Part shown: piece by piece, positions 37,523 to 48,462 of the stretch
Numbering within the stretch: the stretch's first letter is position 1
How the letters are laid out: each line of letters starts with the position of its first letter
Assembly: GCF_004010195.1 (NCBI RefSeq)
Contig: NC_057711.1
Span: 69,455,970 to 69,504,431, forward strand
Reading direction: 5' to 3'
Length of the DNA: 48,462 bases
DNA from: Chiloscyllium plagiosum
Lineage: Eukaryota
Translations under genes and position numbers: made by a program
The notes under the pieces: model-generated
What the model saw: the letters and a program-made list of their open reading frames with translations, nothing else
What the model was told of the DNA's origin: nothing
The model's database searches: none

Positions 37523-40500
37523 AATGAGGAATTTGGTTGGAAACAATTGTGCTCAATTTAAATAAGGGCGATTACAAAGGAATGAGGGCAGAGTTGGCTA
37601 GAATGGATTGGGAAAGGTGTTTAGCAGAAATGATGGTTGATAAACAATGGCAGTCATTTGAGAAAATAGTTGATGTTTTACAACAAAGATAGCCCAGTGA
37701 AAACGAAGGATTCTAGGAAGGGGATTAACTGACCGTGATTAACCAAAGAGGTTAAAGTAGTGACAAATTGAAATTAAAGAAACATATAATGTGGCAAAGA
37801 TTGTTGGTAAGACAGACTTTTTGGAAAGTCTAAAATGCAATTAAAGATGACCAACAAAAAAGGGAGAAATTAAGTGTTTGGTATAAACTTGCAAAAATTA
37901 TCAGAACAAACAGCAAGAGTTCCTTGAAGTATATAAAAAGGAAGAGAGAGGCCAAAGTAACATAGGGCCCTTAAAGAAGGGATTATAGGGAAAAGTAATG
38001 GGGCATCAGGAAATGACAGAGGAGTTGAGTAAATACTTTGCATCAGTCTTTATGTCAGAAGACATGAACAGCATTCCAAAAATATTAAATAATCAAGGGG
38101 CCAAGGGTAGAGGAAATAAATACAATTATTATCACTGTGGAAAAAATACTAGGGAAACTAATGGGACTAAAGGCTAATCAATCCCCTGGACCTGATGGGT
38201 TGTACCCTAGTTTATTAAAGAAAGTAGCTGTGGAGATAGTGGATGCACTTATAGTAATCTTCCAGGAATCCTGAAATTTTGCAACTGTTCCAGAGGATTG
38301 GAAAACTGTAAATGTAACTCGCTAATTCCAAAAGGGAAGGAGACAAGAAAAAGATAACGAAAGGTGAGTTTGCTTAACTGTCATTGGGAAAATGTTAGAT
38401 TTTATGATATATAATAGTTGAACATTTAGAAATACTTGATATCATTAAATAGAATCAACAGGGCTTCATGATGGGAAATTTATGAGAATTCTTTCAGGAG
38501 CTAACAAGTGTGATAAATATAGGAGAACCAAAAGATATATTTGGATTTCCAAAAGGCATGTGATAAGGTGCCACACATAAAGCTACTTGTTAAGATAAGA
38601 ACTCATGATCTTGGGTGAATATATTAGCATGGATGGAGGATTGGCTCACAAATAGAAGACAGTAAATTAACTGGAGAAATGCCACAGGAATCAGTGTTGG
38701 GCTAAAATGTTTAATGTATATTCATGACTTGGATGAGAGAAGTGAATGCACTATTACCAAGTTTGCAGATGACACAAAAATAGTTGGGGGGGCAAATAGT
38801 GATGATGACAGAAAGAGTCTACAGAGGGATATTGATACATTAACTGAAAGGGCAAAAACCTGATAGATGGTATATAATGTGGGAAAATGTCAAACTTATA
38901 ATCACATTGACAGGAAAAATAGAGGAATTGATTATTATTTCAATGTAGAAAAACTGCAGAAAGCCCAACACAGAGCAATTTGTGAGTCCTTGTCATGAAT
39001 TACAAAAAAAAACTAATATCCAGATGCAATGGGTAATAGGGATAGTAAATGGAATGTGGGCTTTTATTTCAAAGGGAATGGGGAATAATGTCAGGAGATC
39101 TTGTTAAGACCATACAAGACACTAATTAGACCACAACTGGAATGCTGTGAACAGTTTTGATTCCCTTATCTAAGAAAGAAACACTTGCACTGGAGCTTTG
39201 CAGCCCAAGGAAGTTCACTGGGTTGACCTGCGAATGGAGGGATTTTCTTACGAGGAGAAGTTGAGTAGGATAAGCCTCTACTCATTGGAGTTCGGATTAA
39301 TGGGAGGCAATTTAGTTGCATATACAAGATTCTTAGGGGGCTTTACAGAGCAGATGTGGAGAGATTGTTTCCTTCTGGTTGAGACTAGGACCAAAGGGTA
39401 TATTCTCAGAGTAAGGATCATCTATTTATGGCAGGGATGAGGAGGAAATTCCTCTCTCATGGGGAGAAGTTTGTGGAATTCTTTTCTGCAAGGCCTGTCA
39501 AGTTTGGGTGGTTAAGTAAATTCAAAGCTGCGATAGATTTTCAATCAGAAAAGCAAATGTGGATTTTAGGACAAAGTCAAAGAAGTCGATTTGAGGATTA
39601 CCAAATCAGCTATGACCTCATTGAAAGGAATGGCAGACTCAATGGGCTGAAGGCCTATTTCTATTCCTAGGTTTGCAATTTTACATTAACTTGATTGCTG
39701 CAGCAATGTCTTGCTGCACTTGGCTGTCATCCACCCATCAAGAAACTTGCATCACTCCATATGGACCCAGTGATAGTCTGACTGTACACATTGGAATTCT
39801 ACATCCCAGAGGTTGTGGAAATTCACAGCTTAGGGTTTTTTTATGTATTTGATTTAAAATGTGCAAAATGTAGGAGCATGTCACTTAAAGGGGCTTTAAG
39901 TGGTCATTTTGGTTTAGTTCATTTAATTTCAAGTATTTTATTGGTTTATTTATTAAAACAGTACAAATAAAGACTTGCTTCTGGGGTTGGCCAAAATGTT
40001 CATTAGTGGGTCCAAGAAATGGGTTGCGGAGGGAATCATTTACAGTCATCTGCTTGCCTCATTTACGTGGTTATGTCTGTGCCCAAGTAATGGCCATGTC
40101 ATTTTAACTCTTACGTAGAATCAGCACTTTTTGGGTAGGTGCCATTTCTTGATTCACATGAAACAGGGCTTTTATTTTATTTTTATTTTTCTCACATGGT
40201 AGTGTGGGATGTTTCCCTCATCATTAAGACCTTGTGATTCAAAGTGTGCCATATTGGCATTTGGAACAATGTTGAAAATCACTGTCTGCAGGTTCCCCAC
40301 TAAGTTAGACACCAACTTGACTTGGAACGATGTCATCGATCCTTCATTGTCACTGGTTCAATAGCCAGCAGAACTGAGGGTCCAAATATAACATGTGGAC
40401 TGCTGCAGTGATGTCACATCCTATGAATGAATAATTTTAAAAATCAGGGATGAACTAGAGGAGTTGGGGTCAGGTACCATGACACCGCCCATTCAGTTTA

Positions 40501-41173
40501 ATTCAGGAGCTGACTCTAAATCCCTACGTGAGACATCAGATCAACTTGAAGTAGGTGGCACAGTTCAGTGTTAGATTCAGGAAGTTTTCTAAGAAATGGG
40601 TAGAATTTTTGCCCTTTCTGATACAACTTCACTTCAATAAAAGTCCCCAGAGCAATCTCAGGACTTTGTAATTTTTAATTTGTTTTCCAGTACAGATGCC
40701 CAGTTCAGTTCTATGAGTTACCACTGGGTGGTGCAGCCGCTTTGTTAAATAATACAAAACCTTTTTGTGATTTGTGATAAAACATAGACACACAAATAGT
40801 GAGCATTGTGTTCATATTTAAACTCAGCATATGCGATGTTCTGCATTGTGAATATGTAATACATAACTTAATGCACAGAAGGGTAAAGAAATAAGACTTG
40901 GATAACCACTTTTTTCTGAAAAAATTGCTGTTTTATAATTCATGGATTTTCAAGATGTGTCTTTTATTTGTAATAGTTGGTATTAGTATGTATCGTCTTA
41001 ATTAAAATTAGAATAGGTGGGAGAACAAATATATGGGAATTTCTATATTGCTTACAATCAATATGGATAGCCACAATTTCACACAATCCACCTCCTAAAT
41101 TGATTGGAATTTCATTAAAGAAGAGGATGTCACAGGAGTCAAGACAGTCAGTAATATGCTTTTCTTCCCTTAC

Positions 41174-41323
41174 CTCTGTTTTGTATTTGTCAACAACTGG
41201 AATGGCCTATAATTTGTTTCACAATATTCCCACTTCTCTGTGATTTCAGCTACCAGCCTAAGAGAATCACCTGGCTGTCTTTTGTCCCTTGAAAGCAGCC
41301 ATGAATTGTGAACATAACATCAG
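41174..41323 (-). other. Candidate exon (minus strand)
   Basis: T-rich acceptor tttatttatttattgtatcag|. Possible donors CAG|gtgatt (53-bp exon 41271-41323, xDVMFTIHGCFQGTKDSQ) or GAG|gtaagg (150-bp exon). Confidence 0.3.
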
Positions 41324-41588
41324 CTGATACAATAAATAAATAAACTGTTACATTTCAGAGAAATACCCATTATTCAGTGCACAGGGATGACTTTAAACAA
41401 CAAAGCATCGTGTTGGTTTTACACACAATCATCCAGGTGAAATCATCCAGGCTCACCCAGAGCTCCTAGAAGGGCAGGCAGAGAAAATTTGTTGAGCAAA
41501 AGGCAAAATTCAGTTTTTCCCAAGAGCAGCTTAAAGTTTTGGTATTAAGTTCTCAGAACGTTTCCAGCAGATCGGCTTTCCTGACCTT

Positions 41589-41716
41589 TCTAGTGAAGAA
41601 TTTATGCCCAAAACGTTGACTCTCCTACTCCCTGGATGCTGCCTGACCTGCTGTGCTTTTCCAGTGCCACACTTTTTGACTCTGATCTCCAGCACCTGAA
41701 GTCCTCACTTTCTCTC
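41589..41716 (+). mobile_element. Single PLE terminal-repeat unit, degenerate hammerhead
   Basis: ttatgcccaaaacgttga..gatgctgcctgacctgctgtgcttttccag..gtcctcactttctc. 10-bp TSD tcctgacctt at 41579-41588 and 41717-41726. Confidence 0.8.
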
Positions 41717-42373
41717 TCCTGACCTTGATGTTTGGAAAGCTCTTTTCCATTCATTAGCATGTCATGAATTCTCATAAATGCTGGAATTAAGTTCAAAGGC
41801 ACAATCTTGATTGGAAAAATAGAAGACACATTCTGAAACTCAACTAGCAATATGTGGCAAATACCTGGAAGAGTCAGTGCTTTCTTCCAAGCTCCACTCA
41901 GTACCGATTTCTTCAGCAACTTTGCTCCTCAATAACAAAGCCTTTACTTTTGGCCAAATGCTTCCAGAGTGGGTCAACCATCTGATGAGAAGTCTAGGTA
42001 ATAAGTGGTCCTGCTGATTGCTGATAAAAACTTAATGCGAGGTGTGAAGACTGATTGAATCAACAAGTCTACCAAAAGGGGAGGCAGCCAGACTGGCTGA
42101 TGCCATTAAACCTTACCAGACCAGGCAATCACAGCTCCACTCAAAAGAAAGGTACAACCCAAACGGGGTCACTACTAAATAGCTGGGGTTTTTTGGGTAG
42201 GAAGGAACAGCAGGAATTGAAACTGAAAGGACATGGGTGTTGGGGACAATGCAATCACTCTGAGGAATAGGGGAAGAGAACTGGAGATGCAAGGGAACAG
42301 GAACAGTGATAGGGATAAGGGGGACATGGCAGGTTGGGAGCTGCAAACTTTGGGTGGGTAACACAATGAGGTA

Positions 42374-44154
42374 CAATGCTGACCCCGGAATCCAAACGCC
42401 CTACTGTTCGAACAAATTGGAATCCGAACAATTATTTCGAGAAAATTCTGCCCTAAAGTCCAAACACATTTTCAGAATTCGACCACCACGTACTGTTCAG
42501 GTCGCACATGTTTTGTTCAGTTTCTCCCGGGAAGTAGTCGTGAAAGCATCTCTCATGTGTCCATCACTAGTTTACCTCGTGTTTCACCTTGATTTGTGCT
42601 GGGTTTTTTAAATTATCACCCTTGCGCATTCACCATGGCACCCAAGAAGAGCAGTGAAGCAAATAAGAGTAAGGGGAAGTCTGTGAGAACGACAATTGAG
42701 TTGAAGAAAGAACTTATCGCTAAGCATGAGAGCGGTACACGTGTGTCTAATCTTCCTGCCATGTTTGAGATGCCGAAATCGACCGTGTGTACGATTCTGA
42801 AAAATAAAGAAGTGATAAAAGCAGCTGATGTGGGAAAAGGTGTTACGATTCTGACCTCTAAGAGATCGAAGTTTATAGGGGAGGTGGAAAAACTCCTCTT
42901 CTGTGAAGACTTATCTTGAGGAAAAGAATCTACCCCTGAAGGCTCTTTTTGTGATGGACAACACTCCTGCTCATCCTCCAGGCTTGGAAGAAGATTTGGT
43001 GGGCAAATGTAGCTTCATCAAGGTGAAGTTCTTGACCCCCAATACCACTCCTCTCATCCAGCTCATGGGCCAGCAAATTATCTCAAATTTCAAAAAACTG
43101 CACACCAAGGCTATGTTCCAGAGATGCTTTGAGGTGACAAACAAGACTGAACTGACCCTCAGAGAGTTTTGGATAGGTCATTATAATATCCTCCATTGCT
43201 TAAGGGTCATAGACAAAGCATGAAGGGAAGTGTCTCTGAGGACAATGAACTCTGCCTGGAAGAAACTCTGGCCTGAATGTGTTGCAGACTTTGAAGGCTT
43301 CAAAGAACCACCTGTTGTGCCTGTTATTGTGTCTTTGGGCAAGTCCATGGGCTTGGAGGTGAGTGAAGAGGATGTGGAAGAGTTAGTGGAGGATCACTAG
43401 AATGAACTCACCACAGAAGAACTTCAGCATCTCCACAAGATGCAGCAAGAAGAAGTGGCAGAGGAAATTTCTTCAGAGGAGGAAGCGGGAGCTAGTGGGA
43501 ACATTTCCAGTACTGAAATTAAGGAACTGTGCTTCCTGTGGTCTAAAACACAGGGCATTGTTGAAAAGTGGCATCCTAACGAGGCAGTGGTCAACAGGAG
43601 CATAAACATGTTCAATGACAATGTGATTGACCACTTCAGAAAAATTCAGAAAAGTCGCCAACACCAAACAACTTTGGAAAGGTGGTTCTCTAAAGAAAGC
43701 CAATCCAGTGAGCCTCAGCCCTCTACAAGTGGTCTTAGTGTTACAAGATTGAAGAGACAAAGAGAGCAAACAGCAGAAGCACAGTTACCTGATGTTATTA
43801 TAGAAGGTGACTCACCTTCCAAGCAGTAAACCCTCTCCCTCCTTCCTCCTCTCCAACTTCCACATGCACCATTAGCACTCCTCACTAAGGTAAATGAAGT
43901 TAGTTTCATGTTAGTACATTTATTTATTGTTTTTATTATTATTACTTGATATTTAGGTCATTTACTCATCTTATTTTACCTTAACCATGTGTATTTGCAG
44001 TTAAAATTGTCTTGAAAATTTTTTTTTTGGGTCCAGAAACAGATTAATTCACTTTCCGTAATTTGTTATGGGGAAAGTAGTTTCGGAATCCGAACTTTCC
44101 GCAATCGGAACAGCCTCCTGGAACGAATTAAAGTTGGATTCTCAGGCACCACTG
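42374..44154 (+). mobile_element. Tigger/pogo DNA transposon, internally deleted
   Basis: TA on both sides (42372-42373 and 44155-44156). Imperfect TIRs caatgctgaccccggaatccaaac versus reverse complement cagtggtgcctgagaatccaac. Confidence 0.92.
42635..43829 (+). pseudogene. Tigger (TIGD1-like) transposase pseudogene
   Basis: CENP-B-type HTH MAPKK..TIELKKELIAKHESG..MPKSTVCTILKNKE, deletion junction ~42900, DDE C-part LPLKALFVMDNTPAHP..FLTPNTTPLIQLMGQ, premature TGA at 43221 and further disruption near 43400. Ends EGDSPSKQ*. Confidence 0.9.
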
Positions 44155-44269
44155 TAATTAGGAGCATGGTGTGGGGAGACGGCAAGGAGACAGAGCAGGT
44201 GACTTGAATATTGGCCACTGCAAGGTGAAGGTAAGGCATGGAGATTCGGATGGGAATGAGGTACAAATG

Positions 44270-45000
44270 TACAATTAGGAGTAGAGGTAAGTCACTCGGC
44301 CCTTCAAGCAAGTCAATAAGGTCATGTGGACCTGAATATTCCACAGTCTTACCTACACCTGATAACCCTTCACCTTCAGTCATATCTTTATCTATCTTAC
44401 CTTTATCATTTGTCATCTATATGTAAACTACTTCTATATCCTGGTTTCATGAATGTAGGTCATCTCTCTATGTTATGCCAATACCATCTCAGTTAACACA
44501 GCCACTCCCTCACCACGCTTCCACTCCTTCCGAATTGTCACATACCCTTCAATATTCAAGTTCCAATCTCTATCATCATGCAGCTATATCTTTGTAATGA
44601 CTATCAAATCATATTTATTCATTTCTCACAGTTCATCTGTTTTGTTCACAATGCTATATGCATTCAGTTACACAGCCTTTAACTTTAGCCTTTTATTATT
44701 TTTGTTGCAGCTTAACATTGTCTGTTAATTTACTCATACATTTGTACTCTGTAACCCTTCCTATCACAGTTTGTGTATCAATTTCCATATTATCATTATC
44801 TTTTGCCTTATCTCTACTTTATGATGTACCACATTTTCCCAAATTTCTCACTAATTCTCACTATTTAACACAACTTCACCAGTTATTCAGCTCAATTGAA
44901 CAACAGACCTAGCATGATTCATGTGTGGCCCATCCCAGCTGTACAGCCCTCAAATTTCCCTAATACTCATCCCAGTGCCCTACGATCCAAACCCTACCTT
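44270..45000 (-). mobile_element. CR1 remnant (ORF1 end / ORF2 start)
   Basis: Antisense of LNAYSIVNKTDEL..YDLIVITK around 44595-44670. Confidence 0.6.
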
Positions 45001-45339
45001 AGGATTGGGAGAAGAGCACAAATATCAAAGGAGATAATGAAAGGACCAAGAGCAAACGTTTCAACGACCTTGAAGAAGGACAGAGGGGATGCCAGAACAA
45101 AGGAAAAGGCCGACTCCAATGATCAAGGTTAAGGGTATAGTGTAAAGGGGGAGGGTAAAAGGTGCACACATTAAAATTTACAACAGCTATCTTTCTCCTA
45201 AATCAGCTTATGAAAGTGGTCTTGTGGAAAATGCACCATACAAGTAGGAGGGCCCCAAGATCAGTTTGTATTGTTTTGCACAGGATCGATGGTGTGTGGC
45301 TTATATGCAGATCCAGCAAAAAATTAAGAAAGTTAACAG

Positions 45340-45880
45340 ACCGCATTTGTTTATTGTGAGGCAAGTTGAAAACTAAACAGGGAGGTTATGCTTCAATTAT
45401 ATGGGGCATTCGTGAGACCACATTTGGAACACTGTTTATTATATTGGCTTCCCTATTTAAGAATTGATGTAAATGCATTGGAAGCAGTACAGAGAAGGTT
45501 TACCAGACTAATAACTGGAATGAATGGCTTTCTTATGAGGAAAGGTTGGACAGGCTAGGTGTCTATCTGCTTGTACATAGAAGATTAAGTGGCAACCTGA
45601 TTTTAAATTAACTGATTCCTGACAGAGCTTGACAGGGTGCATGTGGAGGGAATGTTTCCTCTTATTGAAGAATCCAGGACTAGGAGTTACTGTTTAAAAA
45701 TAATCATGCTATTTACAACAGAGATGAAGAGAAATGTTTCCTCTCAGAGGGCTGAGAGTTTTTGGACTTATTTCCTCAAAAAGTGGTGAAAGCAGTTTTT
45801 GAATATTTTAAGGAAAGGTGAATAGATTCTTGAGAAGCAACAGAGTGAAAGGTGTTTGGGGCAGGATGGAATGTGGATGT
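45340..45880 (+). mobile_element. CR1 LINE 3' portion
   Basis: MLQLYGAFVRPHLEHC, LEAVQRRFTRLITG and LDRVHVEGMFPL. Confidence 0.8.
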
Positions 45881-45929
45881 ACTTCTAACAGACCACAAGT
45901 TTGAATACCATTGTGGGTTGCCTCTGAAA

Positions 45930-46420
45930 GATCACTCTCACAACCACCCTCTTTTGAAACTAAATGTGGTATTAGGCCTATAAACAGCCTACTTTGTAGT
46001 TATCTATCAAACTCTTTGTATCTTCCTCGCAATTTATTTTCCTGCCTGTCTTTGTTTTATCAGCAAATTTGTCTCTACCTTCTGAACCTTCATCCATTTT
46101 TCATGGATTGACAGTTCTGCTTGGCTTCAACACAATCAAGCTCCTTCAGTATATTTGTCTTTTGGTACGTCAGGTGGTTAGATTTTAGAAGGACTGGCAG
46201 ATATTATATAGGTGTTGATTTTAGGGTACCACTGATTTGTTGAGGACTGTGTCCAAGTATTTTGTGTGCACAGGATCCAGGATTCTGCTGAAGAGTACAC
46301 ATGAGCAAGGCAAATAGTAAAAAGAGTGGAGGCATTGAATTCCAAAGTGGTTCCTGTTCGTTTCCGTACTAAATTTATTCTAGCCTTGGTCTTTTCTGTA
46401 ATCCTTTTCAAGGGTTAATG
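45930..46420 (-). mobile_element. Vingi/Ingi-like LINE C-terminal remnant
   Basis: KTKARINLVRKRTGTTLEFNASTLFTICLAHVYSSAES matches the Vingi motif RNNLIRKLAGTTWGAxAxTLRTSALALVYSxAEY, recalled from family consensus. Confidence 0.65.
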
Positions 46421-46789
46421 TACATTAGCTGTAGTCCTTCATGACTCCAAAATTCCTGGGATATAGTTTGGTTTTGACTGGTTTACAGAAAAAGGTCACC
46501 TGTTAGACAGTTGCTGAAGTGGAAAGCAATGACTGTGGTAGAGACTTGAATAGTTGAAATATTGCTCAATCACTTAAGTCCTGGAACAAGGCCGCTGGAA
46601 TAGTTGTAGTAGTTTGATTGGGTAGCAAGGTCTAGATCAGCTGCACAGACATGCTTCCCAGAGCAGGTGTGCGACACTTTCATATACATTGAAGAGCATT
46701 TGAGCTAAAACAGTGGCTAGAGGAAATTTAAACTTGGGATCCTTGTGAAGATTATTTGATCTTCAAATGAAATCCTGCATATTTGCTAA

Positions 46790-46912
46790 AAATGTAGGTA
46801 AGCTGTATCTTACCTATCAAGTGTGTGACTACAATTTAAAAGTAATTTATTAACTCTGAAGTGCTTTGAAATAGTCATTTTGCAAAATGCCAAACAAATA
46901 TAAATTTTCTTT
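46790..46912 (+). mobile_element. Deu-type SINE 3' tail remnant
   Basis: gtgactacaatttaaaagtaatttattaactctgaagtgctttg resembles the tail gtgactacacttcaaaagtacttcattggctgtaaagcgctttg. Confidence 0.45.
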
Positions 46913-48201
46913 AGTTAATAGATATTCTTGGGAAATGACAAGTAAGAGGCTTTAAAGCAAATATTAAATCAAGAAGGGGTTACATTTCATAGAATCGGAA
47001 TTGTTTAATTAAGCAAAATATTTCATAGAAAATATAGATTTTCTTAAGATTACAATTAATGCTACTCGTAAACTTATGTATGGACCATACATGAAAGAAA
47101 AATGAATAAAATTCATTAAATAGCATAGGGCTGCAAATAATGTATTTCCAAGCTTAAACGGTTCCAAAACACATTGGCTTGCAATCTGAAAGGTTCAATA
47201 GCTCAGTCTCATTGGTACTTGTTTGATCGGAGAAATTGATAGTGAAGCAACTAAAGTTAGCCTCACAGGAAATCTTCATCCCTAATGGCAATGCAGTCTG
47301 GCAAACTACAAAAAGGCAATCTCCATCAAAAACACAAACACAATTAACTGTGCTAGGGATTCCTTAAGAAATATAGCAGTATGTGGCTATACAGTTTTAA
47401 TTCATATAAACATTGATTACGTGATCCTGCAATAGTGAGAGAAGGAGCGCATCCTATATATGCAACAGAATCTGAATGAGCAGAATCCGTCATTGTGGAT
47501 TCACTCTCATGATTTATCTAAATTGGCCTGAAATTCATTATATTTTCTCTGAATTTTCAATTTGTGTAGATATTTTTTGTCATTTTCAATATTTTAAATT
47601 CTTTCAATTGATATCCTGATTTATGAAGATGACAAGTAACAATGCTTCTCATCCAAGAATCCTATGAGATTCCACTTCTGACCTGGCAGCATGTAAATCT
47701 ACTCACATTTATGACAGCTCTTTGCCTTGAAGATTACAATCAATTTCCTATCCAGCAAAACATTTGATTACCAATTCCACATGATAAAATCATATCAATA
47801 GTTGTCAATATGGTACTTTAACTCTTCTATGTTATCAGACAGCAGCCTTTACAGTATCTTTATTATAGTCTCTGTTAAATGGCCACTTCCAGTGCTTGTA
47901 GGCCACATGTCAGAGGATAAGTGACTATTGCAGACTGAGAAGAACATTTACACAGGATTACATTTCAATCCAATCACTTGCTCCCCCTTTCTCAAAACAA
48001 TTACCAAAATACAAACATTGGGTGTATCTTGTTACTGAATCATCCAAGTTACCCAATATACACACAGCTGTTCTCATGAGTTAGCAGTTTATTATTTTTG
48101 TCAGTCTTTGCATACACATTTAACACACAGGGCAGAATCGTACAGGTATCTGGGCAACATGGGCTATGGGGAGATTTGCAGCAGAATTGGATAAGAAGGC
48201 A

Positions 48202-48462
48202 AGAGCTTAAAAATGTGTTGCTGGAAAAGCGCAGCAGGTCAGGCAGCATCAAAGTAGCAGGAGAATCGACGTTTCGGGCATTAGCCCTTCTTCAGGAATG
48301 AGGAAGGTGTGCCAAGCAGGCTAAGATAAAAGGTAGGGAGGAGAGACGTGGGGGAGGGGCATTGGGAATACGCTAGGTGGAAGGAGATTAAGGTGAGGGT
48401 GATAGGCCGGAGAGGTTGGGAAGAAGATTGCAGGTCAAGAAGGCAGTGCTGAGTCCGAGGGT
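48202..48462 (-). mobile_element. PLE terminal repeat, young copy, continues off the window end
   Basis: Nearly the same sequence as 27054-27185 (aaatgtgttgctggaaaagc..caggaatgagga..ggctaagataaaaggtag). Confidence 0.85.
48268..48295 (-). ncRNA. Minimal hammerhead ribozyme motif, intact core
   Basis: Minus strand reads UUC-CUGAAGA-A-GGGC-UAAU-GCCC-GAAA-CGUC-GAU: perfect 4-bp helix II, ACGU palindrome and GUC triplet. Confidence 0.75.

Larger units (their letters stand above)
35030..39670 (+). mobile_element. Long decayed CR1 LINE (ORF2 endonuclease to 3' tail), host of nested PLEs
   Basis: LYLNACHTQNKIN..EYDFTAITETW (~35200), SPGPDGLYP, PEDWKTVNVT, KFADDTKI, YKTLIRPQLEC and 3' tail aatgggctgaaggcctatttctattcct. 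Confidence 0.9.

Noticed and set aside
40691..40780. Possible terminal exon after ttttccag (YRCPVQFYELPLGG...)
   Set aside because: Acceptor only, with a short frame and no recognisable protein similarity.
42635..43829. Domesticated TIGD/CENP-B-like host gene
   Set aside because: It retains TIRs and TSD and has a large deletion, a stop and frameshifts.

Overview
Eukaryotic, repeat-dominated DNA, very probably from a cartilaginous fish (shark). The evidence is HE1/V-SINE-type SINEs, abundant CR1/HER1-type LINEs and Deu-domain SINE remnants; this taxonomic call is inferred from repeat types. There is no intact protein-coding gene and no prokaryotic feature. Most of the window is decayed, often nested transposable elements: CR1 LINEs, a second LINE family with a tRNA-like head plus its short bipartite SINE, Penelope-like elements (PLEs), a Harbinger fossil, an internally deleted Tigger/pogo with TIRs and TA TSD, a Vingi/Ingi-like fragment and possible LTR remnants. 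One assembly gap lies at 27186-27362. The most interesting signal is a dispersed set of PLE-derived inserts, mostly short and non-coding, carrying minimal hammerhead-ribozyme motifs (CUGAnGA...GAAA-palindrome-UH) of three sequence types. Several form inverted or tandem arrays flanked by 10-17 bp target-site duplications, and two copies (27117-27144 and 48268-48295, minus strand) have intact catalytic cores. A few isolated exon-like segments (10051, 29606, 41174-41323) may belong to host genes but are unverified. Coordinates of decayed repeats are approximate and all family calls were made by eye.
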